Below are positions 19,666-28,225 of a stretch of DNA of 64,000 nt, piece by piece. The notes below the pieces were generated by a model. It was not told where the DNA came from, ran no database searches, and worked only from the letters and a program-made list of their open reading frames with translations. The stretch's first letter is position 1. Each line of letters starts with the position of its first letter. Source of the DNA: Nitrospirota bacterium (GTDB taxonomy: Bacteria; Nitrospirota; Nitrospiria; 2-01-FULL-66-17); NCBI GenBank assembly GCA_049325335.1, contig JBMOMC010000044.1:32001-96000 (forward strand), in the 5' to 3' direction. Position numbers and translations under genes: made by a program.

Positions 19666-21346
19666 GCGATCCCCCTTCCTGGGACGACGACGCCTGCGGC
19701 GGTCGATTGGACGCCAACACGTACCCGCCGCGAGACTCGACCGCGTACGATGGTCCAAGCCGATCCAGCCACGCCGCCTTCGTGATCACGAACCACGCGC
19801 GCTCCTGGCGCAGCAGCGCGGCCGCCTCCTCCGGACGGCTCTCGGCGATCACCGTCACCAACCGCTTGGCGTAGAATACCACGCTGGGTTTGTTCAAACC
19901 GTATACCGCGACGCCGCCGTCGGGACCGGCCTCGCGGCTCGCCCGGATCGCTACGTCGCGCAACGGCGCCTGCATCACGCCCGCGGCCACCGGCGCCACC
20001 GCGGTCAGCAACACGATCGCGACCGCCACCGTGGTCCCGCTGATCGCGGCCAATGTCGCGACAGCCCGCTTGCGGACCACGGTCCAGGCGATGACCGCGG
20101 CCCCGATCAGGCACACGGTGCCGAGCGCGCCCGGCCCCCAGCCCACGTCGATGGGTTGGTGCAGGTACGCGGCCTTGGGGAACCGGACGCGCGCCCACTC
20201 CAACCACCACGGCACGCCCCAGAACGCGACCGCCATCAACAGCGCGACGACGGCCAGCACCGCCGCGCCCGCGCGGGTCCACCGGTCCGCGCCCGGCGCG
20301 CCCGCCACGAACCGTTCGGCCCACATCCCGACCAATAACGCGAGCGGCGGATACAGCGAGGCCACATAATTGGGCAGCTTGGTGCCGGCGGCGGAAAAAA
20401 ACGCGAAGACCACGCCGATCCACACCAGCGCAAACAGGCCGAGTGCTTCGCGGTCGGTGGGGCGCCGCAGCCCACGCCAACCGGACGGCCACGCCCACCG
20501 GGTCGCCGGAAGCAGCACCGCGGTCCACGGGAAGAACCCCACCGCGACCGCTGGCACGTAGTAATAGAACGGCCCGGCGTGTCCGGAAATCACGCCGGTG
20601 AACCGCCGGACATTGTGTTTGAGAAAAAATCCCTCGATGAACGCCCAGCCCCGCTCGTGTAATTCGAGCGCGTACCACGGCCCCGCGACCAACGCGAATA
20701 CCAGCGCCATGCGCGCCCACGGCACGCCGATCAGACTCTCCCGCCACCCGCCGCGCAGCCACAGAAATAACGCGATGATCAGACCGGGCAACACGATGCC
20801 CACCGGCCCCTTGGTGAGCACCGCCAACCCCAACGCGGCCGCGCCGATCAGCGCAGACTGGACGCGCGCGCCCGCGTCGCGCGCCTGCACCGCGGCAAAC
20901 CACGCCAGCAGGCCCGCGGAGATGAAAAAGATCAGCACCATGTCGGTGATCGCGGCGTGCGCCAGCACGATGATCTCCAGCGACGTTGCCGCGATCACGC
21001 CCGATAACAGCCCGACGCGAAATCCCAGGCGCCGCCACGCGAACACGGTCAGGAGCGCCACCAAGCCCACGCCGAACGCCGCGGACCAGAACCGCGCCCC
21101 GAACTCGTTGACCCCAAACACCCCGTACGCGGACGCCATCAACCAATAAAACAGCACCGGCTTGTCGAACCGATCCGCGCCGTTGTATTGCGGCGTGATC
21201 CACTCGCCGCTCTCCAGCATCTCGCGGGTGGCTTCGGCGAACACCGCTTCGTCGATATCAAAGAGCGGGATGCTTCCCAGGCCCGAGAAAAACAGCACCG
21301 CACACCCGAGCAGCAGCCCGACGAACGCCGTACGCTCCTTGGTCAC
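19649..21346 (-). CDS. ArnT-like GT-C (PMT_2) glycosyltransferase
   Basis: DIDEAVFAEATREM, DKPVLFYW, LTKGPVG, TKLPNY; multi-TM. Confidence 0.9.
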   Translation of the reverse strand: MTKERTAFVGLLLGCAVLFFSGLGSIPLFDIDEAVFAEATREMLESGEWITPQYNGADRFDKPVLFYWLMASAYGVFGVNEFGARFWSAAFGVGLVALLTVFAWRRLGFRVGLLSGVIAATSLEIIVLAHAAITDMVLIFFISAGLLAWFAAVQARDAGARVQSALIGAAALGLAVLTKGPVGIVLPGLIIALFLWLRGGWRESLIGVPWARMALVFALVAGPWYALELHERGWAFIEGFFLKHNVRRFTGVISGHAGPFYYYVPAVAVGFFPWTAVLLPATRWAWPSGWRGLRRPTDREALGLFALVWIGVVFAFFSAAGTKLPNYVASLYPPLALLVGMWAERFVAGAPGADRWTRAGAAVLAVVALLMAVAFWGVPWWLEWARVRFPKAAYLHQPIDVGWGPGALGTVCLIGAAVIAWTVVRKRAVATLAAISGTTVAVAIVLLTAVAPVAAGVMQAPLRDVAIRASREAGPDGGVAVYGLNKPSVVFYAKRLVTVIAESRPEEAAALLRQERAWFVITKAAWLDRLGPSYAVESRGGYVLASNRPPQASSSQEGGSHEVDD

Positions 21347-22050
21347 GCGCCGCCCGCGTCCGTGCGCAACGGGCGCCGTCGCTCCGCGATGCCCATGGCG
21401 AGCCGGCCCGTGGCCCAGCCCAACAGGCCGCCGGCCACCACGTCGGAGAGAAAGTGCGCGTCAACCCCCACGCGCGAAAACGCAATGACCGCAGCCGACG
21501 CGTACAGCACGCCCCGCCACGACGGCAACACCGCGGCCAACACCGCGGCCAGCGTGAACGCGGACGTGGCGTGCCCAGACGGAAACGAATTGAACGCCGC
21601 GGAAAACGACGGCGCCCACTGCGCGAGCCCGTCGGTGATCGTGCTGGGGCGAGGACGGGCGATCAGGATCTTGAACGCGCGGGCGATCAACCCGGACACG
21701 ATCAACGCCGGTACCGCGACCAGCCCGGCCCGAACCAGGTCGCCCCGCCCGACCCGGCTCGCGACCCCCGCCATCACCAGCGCCCCCACGCCCAGCAACC
21801 ACCCCTCGCCGAACGTGGTGATCGCCTTCATGACCGACACGAACTCCGGCGTGCGCCACGGCGTAATGGCTTCGCGAAACAACGGATCGAGCCGCGTCAG
21901 CGCCCAAAACGCGCCGACGCCGCCGATGACGGCGACAAGGAGCAGTACCCGCGTTGACGAACGAAATAGCTGACCGGCTCGTTCAGACACCACCACCGAC
22001 TCGGAGTGTTCGGTCACAATCAGCCCGTTCCTGGGCAGGCAACCCCACAA
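21343..22050 (-). CDS. PAP2-family lipid phosphatase
   Basis: KILIARPRP, SFPSGHA, SRVGVDAHFLSDV; start uncertain. Confidence 0.9.
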   Translation of the reverse strand: MWGCLPRNGLIVTEHSESVVVSERAGQLFRSSTRVLLLVAVIGGVGAFWALTRLDPLFREAITPWRTPEFVSVMKAITTFGEGWLLGVGALVMAGVASRVGRGDLVRAGLVAVPALIVSGLIARAFKILIARPRPSTITDGLAQWAPSFSAAFNSFPSGHATSAFTLAAVLAAVLPSWRGVLYASAAVIAFSRVGVDAHFLSDVVAGGLLGWATGRLAMGIAERRRPLRTDAGGA

Positions 22051-22054
22051 GAGG

Positions 22055-23320
22055 TCAAGGAATCGCTCGCGCGGCGATATCCGACCGATACCCCGCGCCC
22101 GCGAAATGGATCGTCTTGACGCGCGCGTACGCTCGCTCGCGCGCCGCGGCCACGTTCGGCCCCACGCCGGTCACGCCCAACACGCGGCCGCCCGCCGTCA
22201 CCAGCCGGTTGTCCTCCCGCGCCGTACCCGCGTGGAAGACGACCGCGTCGCCCTCCGCGGCCGCGTCCAACCCCGTGATCGCGTCGCCCTTGCGATAATC
22301 GCCGGGGTAGCCCTGCGCAGTCATCACCACGCACACCGCGGTCTCGTCGCGCCACCGGACCGGCGTCTGATCCAACCGCCCCTCCGCGATCGCTTCGCAC
22401 ACGTCCACCAAGTCCGTGACCAGGAGCGGCAAGACGACCTGGGTCTCGGGATCGCCGAACCGGCAATTGAATTCCAGGACCTTGGGCCCCGATGGGGTCA
22501 ACATCATCCCCGCGTACAGAATACCCCGATACGGAATACCCTCCGCCGCCAGCCCCGCCAGCGTCGGGGTCAACACCCGCTCGCGCACGACCGACAACAC
22601 GTCGCGCGTCACGAACGGACTCGGGGCGTACGCGCCCATCCCGCCCGTGTTGGGCCCGCGGTCGCCGTCCAGCGCGCGCTTGTGATCCTGCGCCGCGGGC
22701 ATCATCACGAACGTGTGGCCGTCGCAAAACGCCATACACGTCGCTTCCATGCCCTGCAGGCACTCTTCGATCAATACGGTGTCGCCCGCGGCGCCGAACG
22801 CCCGCCCCTCCATCATCGACTGCACCGCGGCGCGCGCTTCGTCCCGATCCGCCGTGACCACCACGCCTTTGCCCGCGGCCAACCCATCGGCCTTGATCAC
22901 CACGGGCAACGGGTGCAGGTCCAGCACCGCGAGCGCCTCCTGCGCGGAGCGCGCCACCACCGCCTTCGCGGTGGGGATCTTGTGCCGCTGCATGAACGCT
23001 TTCGAGAAGGCTTTGCTGGTCTCCAATTGCGCGGCCGCGCGCGTCGGTCCCACGATCCGGCGGCCGGCCGCCATGAAGCGGTCCACCACGCCCGCGGCCA
23101 GCGCGACTTCCGGCCCCACCACGGTCAGGTCGATCCCTTCGCGCTCCACCGCGCGAAGCAGCCCCTCCGCGTCGTCGACCGCGACGGGCAAACACGTCGC
23201 ACGCTCCGCGATCCCGCCGTTGCCCGGCGCGCAGAAAATCTTGGACACGCGCGGGCTCCTCCCCAGTTTCCACACCAGCGCATCCTCACGCCCGCCGCTC
23301 CCAATCACCAACACTTTCAT
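22055..23320 (-). CDS. purD: Phosphoribosylamine-glycine ligase
   Basis: VIGSGGRE, KADGLAAGKGV, GPNTGGMG, EFNCRFGDPE. Confidence 0.98.
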   Translation of the reverse strand: MKVLVIGSGGREDALVWKLGRSPRVSKIFCAPGNGGIAERATCLPVAVDDAEGLLRAVEREGIDLTVVGPEVALAAGVVDRFMAAGRRIVGPTRAAAQLETSKAFSKAFMQRHKIPTAKAVVARSAQEALAVLDLHPLPVVIKADGLAAGKGVVVTADRDEARAAVQSMMEGRAFGAAGDTVLIEECLQGMEATCMAFCDGHTFVMMPAAQDHKRALDGDRGPNTGGMGAYAPSPFVTRDVLSVVRERVLTPTLAGLAAEGIPYRGILYAGMMLTPSGPKVLEFNCRFGDPETQVVLPLLVTDLVDVCEAIAEGRLDQTPVRWRDETAVCVVMTAQGYPGDYRKGDAITGLDAAAEGDAVVFHAGTAREDNRLVTAGGRVLGVTGVGPNVAAARERAYARVKTIHFAGAGYRSDIAARAIP

Positions 23321-23370
23321 GGCCGGCCCTCGAAACGCAACGGCCCTCCCTGGCCGAAGCAGGAAAGATC

Positions 23371-23445
23371 GAATGGGAGAGGGGGAGAATGGGAGAAACG
23401 GGGAAACAGCTCAGGTCGTTCCGCCCTGTCTCCGATACTCCAATT
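23371..23445. repeat. Degenerate octamer tandem repeats with a partly complementary arm
   Basis: GAATGGGA GAGGGGGA GAATGGGA GAAACGGG GAAACAGC, then CTGTCTCCGATACTCC. Confidence 0.55.
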
Positions 23446-23448
23446 AGA

Positions 23449-23485
23449 AAATCCCCCCTCCCCCCCTTTTTTTAAAGGGGGGGAT
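23449..23485. repeat. REP-like poly-C/poly-G hairpin
   Basis: AAATCCCCCCT-CCCCCCCTTT-TTTT-AAAGGGGGGG-AT. Confidence 0.6.
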
Positions 23486-23531
23486 GTAAAAAAACTGAAG
23501 TTATATCCAGGCAGACCGAAGGGCTGCATGG

Positions 23532-23653
23532 GAGCCCGTTCAGGCATGGACAGATGCAAGGCGGAGCGAGAACCGGAGCGGAGCGTACTGAATCATACGC
23601 GAGCACCGGAAGCGCAGCGACAACGCAGCAGATGGCCGTGCCTGGACGGGCTC
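23532..23653 (-). repeat. Structured element, copy 2
   Basis: Terminal stem GAGCCCGT(C/T)CAGGCA; core CCATCTGCTGCGTT..CTCGCGTAT..AGTACGCTCCG..GCCTTGCATCTG; overlaps the purH stop. Confidence 0.8.
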
Positions 23654-25211
23654 AATGCCTGAAGTGGCGCATGCCGGTGAAGACCATCGCCATCCCATGT
23701 TCGTTCGCCGCCGCAATGACCTCATCATCCTTCACCGACCCGCCCGGCTGAATCACCGCGGTCACGCCCGCCTTGGCCGCTTCGTCGATGCCGTCCCGGA
23801 ACGGGAAAAACGCGTCCGATCCGATTACGGTGCCCGAAAGCGGCAACACGGCCTTCATGGCGCCGATTTTGACCGAGTCCACCCGGCTCATCTGGCCGGC
23901 ACCCACCCCGACCGTGCGATCGGCCCGCGCGTACACGATGGCGTTGGACTTGGTGTGTTTCGTCACCCTCCACGCAAACGCCAAGGCATCGTATTCCTCG
24001 GCGGTCGGCGTGCGTTTGGTCCCGACGCGTAATGCGCGCACGTCCGCGATGCGGCCCAGATCCCGCTCCTGATAAAGCAGCCCCCCCACGATTTTGCGGA
24101 CTTCCATCACCTCGGGCGCGCCGGTCCCCAACGGACCGATGTCGAGCAGGCGCAAGGCTTTCTTGCGCCCGAGTTCCTCCACCGCTTCGGGCGTGAACCC
24201 GGGCGCCACGATCACTTCCATGAACGTGGCCCCGATCTCTTTCGCGGTCTCGCCGTCCACCGGCCGGTTGAACGCGGCCACGCCTCCGAACGCGGACACG
24301 GGGTCGCCCTCGCGCGCTTTGCGGTACGCGTCGGCCGGGCTCGCGCCCAAGGCCACGCCGCACGGGTTGTTGTGTTTGACGATCACCACCGCGCACGGCT
24401 CGAACTCTTTGACGAGTTCGAGCGCGGCGTGCGCGTCCAAGAAATTGTTGTACGACATCTCCTTGCCGTGGAGTTGGCGGGCGCGCGCGGTACACGCCTC
24501 GGTCACCGCCGGATCGCGATATACCGCAGCCTGCTGGTGCGGGTTTTCCCCGTATCGCAGGTTCTGGAGCTTCTCGTACCGCAGGATCAATGTTTGCGGG
24601 AACTGCGTGGCCGCGTCCGACGCCGGAACCTGGCGGTCCAGGTATGACGCAATTAAGCCGTCGTACTTGGACGTGTGCGCGAACACCTTGCGCGCGAACA
24701 ACAGTCGCGTCTCGCGGCTCAACCCTTCGGGCCGCTTGAGTTCATCGAGCAATATCGGGTAGTCAGCCGGGTCCACCACCACCGCCACCTCTTCGAAATT
24801 CTTCGCGGCCGAACGCAGCATGGACGGCCCGCCGATGTCGATATTCTCGATCGCGTTCTCGAACGTGCACCCGGGTTTGGTGATCGTGGCCTCGAACGGG
24901 TAGAGATTCACGATCACCACGTCGATGGGATCGATGCCGTGCCGCTTCATCTGCTCCACGTGATCCGGGAGGCGACGTCGTCCCAGCAATCCGCCGTGGA
25001 CCTTCGGGTGCAGCGTCTTGACCCGGCCGTCGAGCATCTCCGGGAACCCGGTGATCTCCGAGATGTCGCGCACCGCCAGTCCTTGCTCGCGCAGCAACTT
25101 GGCGGTGCCGCCGGTGGATACGAGTTCGAACCCCAGGCCGACCAATCCCTTGGCGACATCCACCACGCCGTCTTTGCTCGATACGCTGATTAATGCCCGT
25201 CGCATGTTCAT
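23652..25211 (-). CDS. purH: Bifunctional AICAR transformylase/IMP cyclohydrolase
   Basis: [44 protein letters not shown]. Confidence 0.98.
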   Translation of the reverse strand: MNMRRALISVSSKDGVVDVAKGLVGLGFELVSTGGTAKLLREQGLAVRDISEITGFPEMLDGRVKTLHPKVHGGLLGRRRLPDHVEQMKRHGIDPIDVVIVNLYPFEATITKPGCTFENAIENIDIGGPSMLRSAAKNFEEVAVVVDPADYPILLDELKRPEGLSRETRLLFARKVFAHTSKYDGLIASYLDRQVPASDAATQFPQTLILRYEKLQNLRYGENPHQQAAVYRDPAVTEACTARARQLHGKEMSYNNFLDAHAALELVKEFEPCAVVIVKHNNPCGVALGASPADAYRKAREGDPVSAFGGVAAFNRPVDGETAKEIGATFMEVIVAPGFTPEAVEELGRKKALRLLDIGPLGTGAPEVMEVRKIVGGLLYQERDLGRIADVRALRVGTKRTPTAEEYDALAFAWRVTKHTKSNAIVYARADRTVGVGAGQMSRVDSVKIGAMKAVLPLSGTVIGSDAFFPFRDGIDEAAKAGVTAVIQPGGSVKDDEVIAAANEHGMAMVFTGMRHFRH

Positions 25212-25245
25212 CTCCCCGTCAGAAGATCGTTGGCCGGTTCACCGG

Positions 25246-25947
25246 CTAACCGGCTTTCATCCCCACCAACCGTTTCAGCCACCGCCGACTCCAATTGCGC
25301 ATGGCGATGGCCGGCGTCTGCAGGAACACGCCCTTGCGATACCGCTCGGCCTCCTCGTGCGTGAGCAAGTCCGGCGCTAAGCGCCGTTTCAGCTTGATCA
25401 CGCCCATGCAGTCGTCTTGTTCGAATAACCGGAACAACGCGTTGACCGGCGCGTTCCACCACGTGCCCCGCCGGAACGACGCGGCGAAGTCGATTACGTA
25501 CGGCTCGCCGCGCTCGCTGATCATCACGTTGTTCATGTTGCGCAGGTCGCACAACACCACGCCCCGCGCATGCACCGCGTCAACCGTCGCGCTCAACCGC
25601 GAAAAAAACGCCTCGCCCACCTCGCCGGGTTCGGCCTCGCCCGCACCTTTGCCCACAATGTACTCCGTGGCCAACGCGTACCGGTCGATGCGCCCCACGA
25701 ATCCCGGCACGCCGGGAACGCCCGCGAGCGTGCGATAGATCGAGGCCTCGCGCCACACCGAATACAACCCCACGCCGACCCGGTACATCCATCTGCGCGG
25801 CGCGTAATCCTTGACGATCACGCGGCGTCCCTCGTGCTCGATCAGCAGGATGTCCGGTTGCCACGGCCGGCCTCGCCGCACGTACTGGGGGGCGGACGCC
25901 GCGATCGCCTCGCGCGTGGGCGCGGCCGTCGTCGCCTCACCCGTCAC
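25246..25947 (-). CDS. Small RIO/Kdo-kinase-like protein-kinase-fold enzyme
   Basis: VIVKDY, REASIY, HARGVVLCDLRNMNNVM, VIDF; GTG at 25947 overlaps the upstream stop (GTGA). Confidence 0.75.
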   Translation of the reverse strand: MTGEATTAAPTREAIAASAPQYVRRGRPWQPDILLIEHEGRRVIVKDYAPRRWMYRVGVGLYSVWREASIYRTLAGVPGVPGFVGRIDRYALATEYIVGKGAGEAEPGEVGEAFFSRLSATVDAVHARGVVLCDLRNMNNVMISERGEPYVIDFAASFRRGTWWNAPVNALFRLFEQDDCMGVIKLKRRLAPDLLTHEEAERYRKGVFLQTPAIAMRNWSRRWLKRLVGMKAG

Positions 25948-26513
25948 GACGAGACGCGCCACAGCCTCCACGCCAACAGCGCGATACCACACAGCACCGC
26001 CATCACGGTCCCGTGTTCGTCGTTGCGAATGAACGCGGACCACTGCCACGGTTTCTCCTCCCGCCCGGAATACGGCGTGAGCCTCGGCACGTAGCCCGGC
26101 ACGGCGCGGTCGTACCGATCCCAGGCTTCGCCGAACCGCTCGCGCAAGCGGTCGGACTCTCGCCGCTGTTTAAACGGCGCGTAATACGCCACGAACACGA
26201 CAAGGCCCGCCGCCAACACGATCAGGTTGGACGCCATGGCGCAAAATCCCACCATGATGAGAAACGTGCCGAGGTAAAGGGGATTCTTCACGTACGCGTA
26301 GGGCCCGCTCGTGACGACCCGCTCGTTCTTATAGAGGTGACCGGCCGCCCACACGCGAACGGCCTGGCCCAAGACCACGAGGACGAGGCCGGCCGCGAAC
26401 CACCGGGCGATCGGGTGCGCCCACCACACCAACCCGGCGAGCGCAAGATACACCGGCACCGTCTTGACGGTGATCTTCCGCTTCATCGCGGACCAGGAGA
26501 GCGTGGCGTCCAT
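25944..26513 (-). CDS. Isoprenylcysteine/phospholipid methyltransferase (ICMT/PEMT) family
   Basis: RVWAAGHL, VTSGPYAYVKNPLYLG, E..L..RFG..W..Y...VP; start 26513 or 26486. Confidence 0.88.
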   Translation of the reverse strand: MDATLSWSAMKRKITVKTVPVYLALAGLVWWAHPIARWFAAGLVLVVLGQAVRVWAAGHLYKNERVVTSGPYAYVKNPLYLGTFLIMVGFCAMASNLIVLAAGLVVFVAYYAPFKQRRESDRLRERFGEAWDRYDRAVPGYVPRLTPYSGREEKPWQWSAFIRNDEHGTVMAVLCGIALLAWRLWRVSS

Positions 26514-26590
26514 GAAATTGTTGCGCGCGGGCCGATTCGGAGCACGGAGTATAGAAAAAGACGGGTGAAAATTCAACTAAAGACCTCGCC

Positions 26591-26618
26591 TTGACTTTCC
26601 GTCTCGTTTCCTTACAAT
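26591..26618 (+). promoter_or_regulatory. Sigma70-like promoter
   Basis: TTGACT-N16-TACAAT upstream of the small basic ORF. Confidence 0.5.
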
Positions 26619-26680
26619 GGCCCGTACTTCGGCCGACGGATTGCTGTCGGCGCGACTCACGAACCACGGAAGGAGAGCGC

Positions 26681-26854
26681 ATGGCACCGGGACGGGAACG
26701 AGCAAAGGAACTACGGAGACGTCAAAAGCGACGTCGGGAACGCCTGCGCGAACGCGTCAAAACCCTCAAAGCCAAGGCCGCGTCGCAAGCCGCCAAGAAA
26801 GCGGCCGTCAAAACCAAACCCAAAAAAGAAAAAACCGCGGCGCCGACGGCATAA
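26681..26854 (+). CDS. Small highly basic protein (57 aa)
   Basis: GGAAGGAG RBS; MAPGRERAKELRRRQKRRRERLRERVK...; has its own promoter and terminator. Confidence 0.7.
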   Translation: MAPGRERAKELRRRQKRRRERLRERVKTLKAKAASQAAKKAAVKTKPKKEKTAAPTA

Positions 26855-26896
26855 CCTCTCGGCTCGGAAACCGAGCGTCCACGCCTGATCAGCACG

Positions 26897-26930
26897 TCGG
26901 GGTTCGACGCGTCGAACCCCGAACATTTTT
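26897..26930 (+). terminator. Perfect 26-bp palindrome plus T-tract between convergent genes
   Basis: TCGGGGTTCGACGCGTCGAACCCCGA followed by ACATTTTT. Confidence 0.7.
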
Positions 26931-28189
26931 CAGCCGCCTAGCTTTAGGCCGCGCGCCGTGCCGATAACCGCCTCCGCCACTTGTTTCATCGGCCGCCGGT
27001 TGTTCATGCTCTGTCGCTGAAGGACTCGAAACGCCTCCTCCTCGGTTAACCGGCGCTCGCGCATCAAGATCCCCTTAGCCCGCTCGACCAACTTGCGCAA
27101 CTCCAATTCGTCGTGCATCTGGGCGGTCTCCTGCATGAGCCGCGTGTTCTCGATCGCCACCGCCGCTTGATTCGCCACCGCTTCCAGCAATTCAATCTCG
27201 TCGGGCTGAAACACGTGCGGCGCGGCGGTGTAACTGTTGATCACCCCCACCGCGCGGTCCTTATAGAGCATCGGAACCGACAACAAAGACCGCAGCCCCT
27301 CGCGACGCGCCAACTCGCGATACACGTAGGCCGGGTCCTGCGTGACGTCGGTGACCGCGATCGGGCGTTTCTCCTGGACCGCGCGCCCGCTGACGCCTTC
27401 CCCGATTTTGAGCGACGGTTTCCCGCGGTACGCGTCCGACAGGCTTTGCGTCGCGGCGATCCGCAAGTCGCCCCGCGCGTCGTCGGCGAGCATGATCGAG
27501 CAGATCGCCGAATCCATGGTCCTCGCCGTGATGGTGACGATCAGGTGTAGCATCTCTTCCAAATACCGGGTGGAGGTGATCGTGGTGCTCACTTGCAACA
27601 AGGTTTCCAATTGCGAGGTTTTTCGGCGCATCGCGTCGTAGAGCCGCGCGTTTTCGATCGCGCCCCCGACCTGATGGCCGATCGCGGACAACAAGGCGGT
27701 TTCCGACGCGGTATGTCGGTGGGGCTCGCGGTGCTGCACGTTGATGACCCCGATCACCTCGTTTTTCGCGATCACCGGAACCGAGAGAAACGCCTGATAG
27801 CGGTCCTCCGGCAAATTCTGGAAATATTTGAACCGCGGGTCGTCGCTGGCGTGTCGGTCGATGGCGACCGGCGTCCGCTCGCGCGCCACCCACCCGGTAA
27901 TGCCTTCGCCCAACTCCAATTTGATCCGGCCGATCAAGCGCGGGTGCGGTTGTTTGGACGCGCGCAGCACCAGTTCCTTGCCCCCCTCGTCCAGCAAATA
28001 CAGGAAAGCCGCGTCGCAGGACGTGACCTCGACCACCAGGTCGATGATCTGTCGCAACACGGCTTCCTGGTCGAGCGTGCAACTGATCGTCTCGCTGATC
28101 CGCCGCAACACGTCGAGTTCTCGGTTGGTCTCGCGCAGCGCCTTGGCGGTGGCGCGAGACGGCCTGGAAAGAGGAGTCACGCGGGGCAT
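26930..28189 (-). CDS. GAF-GAF-ANTAR RNA-binding regulator
   Basis: Two GAF domains (GEGITGWVA..., GEGVSGRAV..., LSVP..., AIEN); C-terminal RKLVERAKGILM...EEEAFRVLQRQSMNNRRPMKQVAEAVI. Confidence 0.92.
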   Translation of the reverse strand: MPRVTPLSRPSRATAKALRETNRELDVLRRISETISCTLDQEAVLRQIIDLVVEVTSCDAAFLYLLDEGGKELVLRASKQPHPRLIGRIKLELGEGITGWVARERTPVAIDRHASDDPRFKYFQNLPEDRYQAFLSVPVIAKNEVIGVINVQHREPHRHTASETALLSAIGHQVGGAIENARLYDAMRRKTSQLETLLQVSTTITSTRYLEEMLHLIVTITARTMDSAICSIMLADDARGDLRIAATQSLSDAYRGKPSLKIGEGVSGRAVQEKRPIAVTDVTQDPAYVYRELARREGLRSLLSVPMLYKDRAVGVINSYTAAPHVFQPDEIELLEAVANQAAVAIENTRLMQETAQMHDELELRKLVERAKGILMRERRLTEEEAFRVLQRQSMNNRRPMKQVAEAVIGTARGLKLGG

Positions 28190-28225
28190 TCTAACAAGGG
28201 CCGCGCAAACTCTCAATCGCGCCGG

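Noticed and set aside
25212..25245. ZTP or purine riboswitch upstream of purH
   Set aside because: Only 34 nt of intergenic sequence and no consensus features
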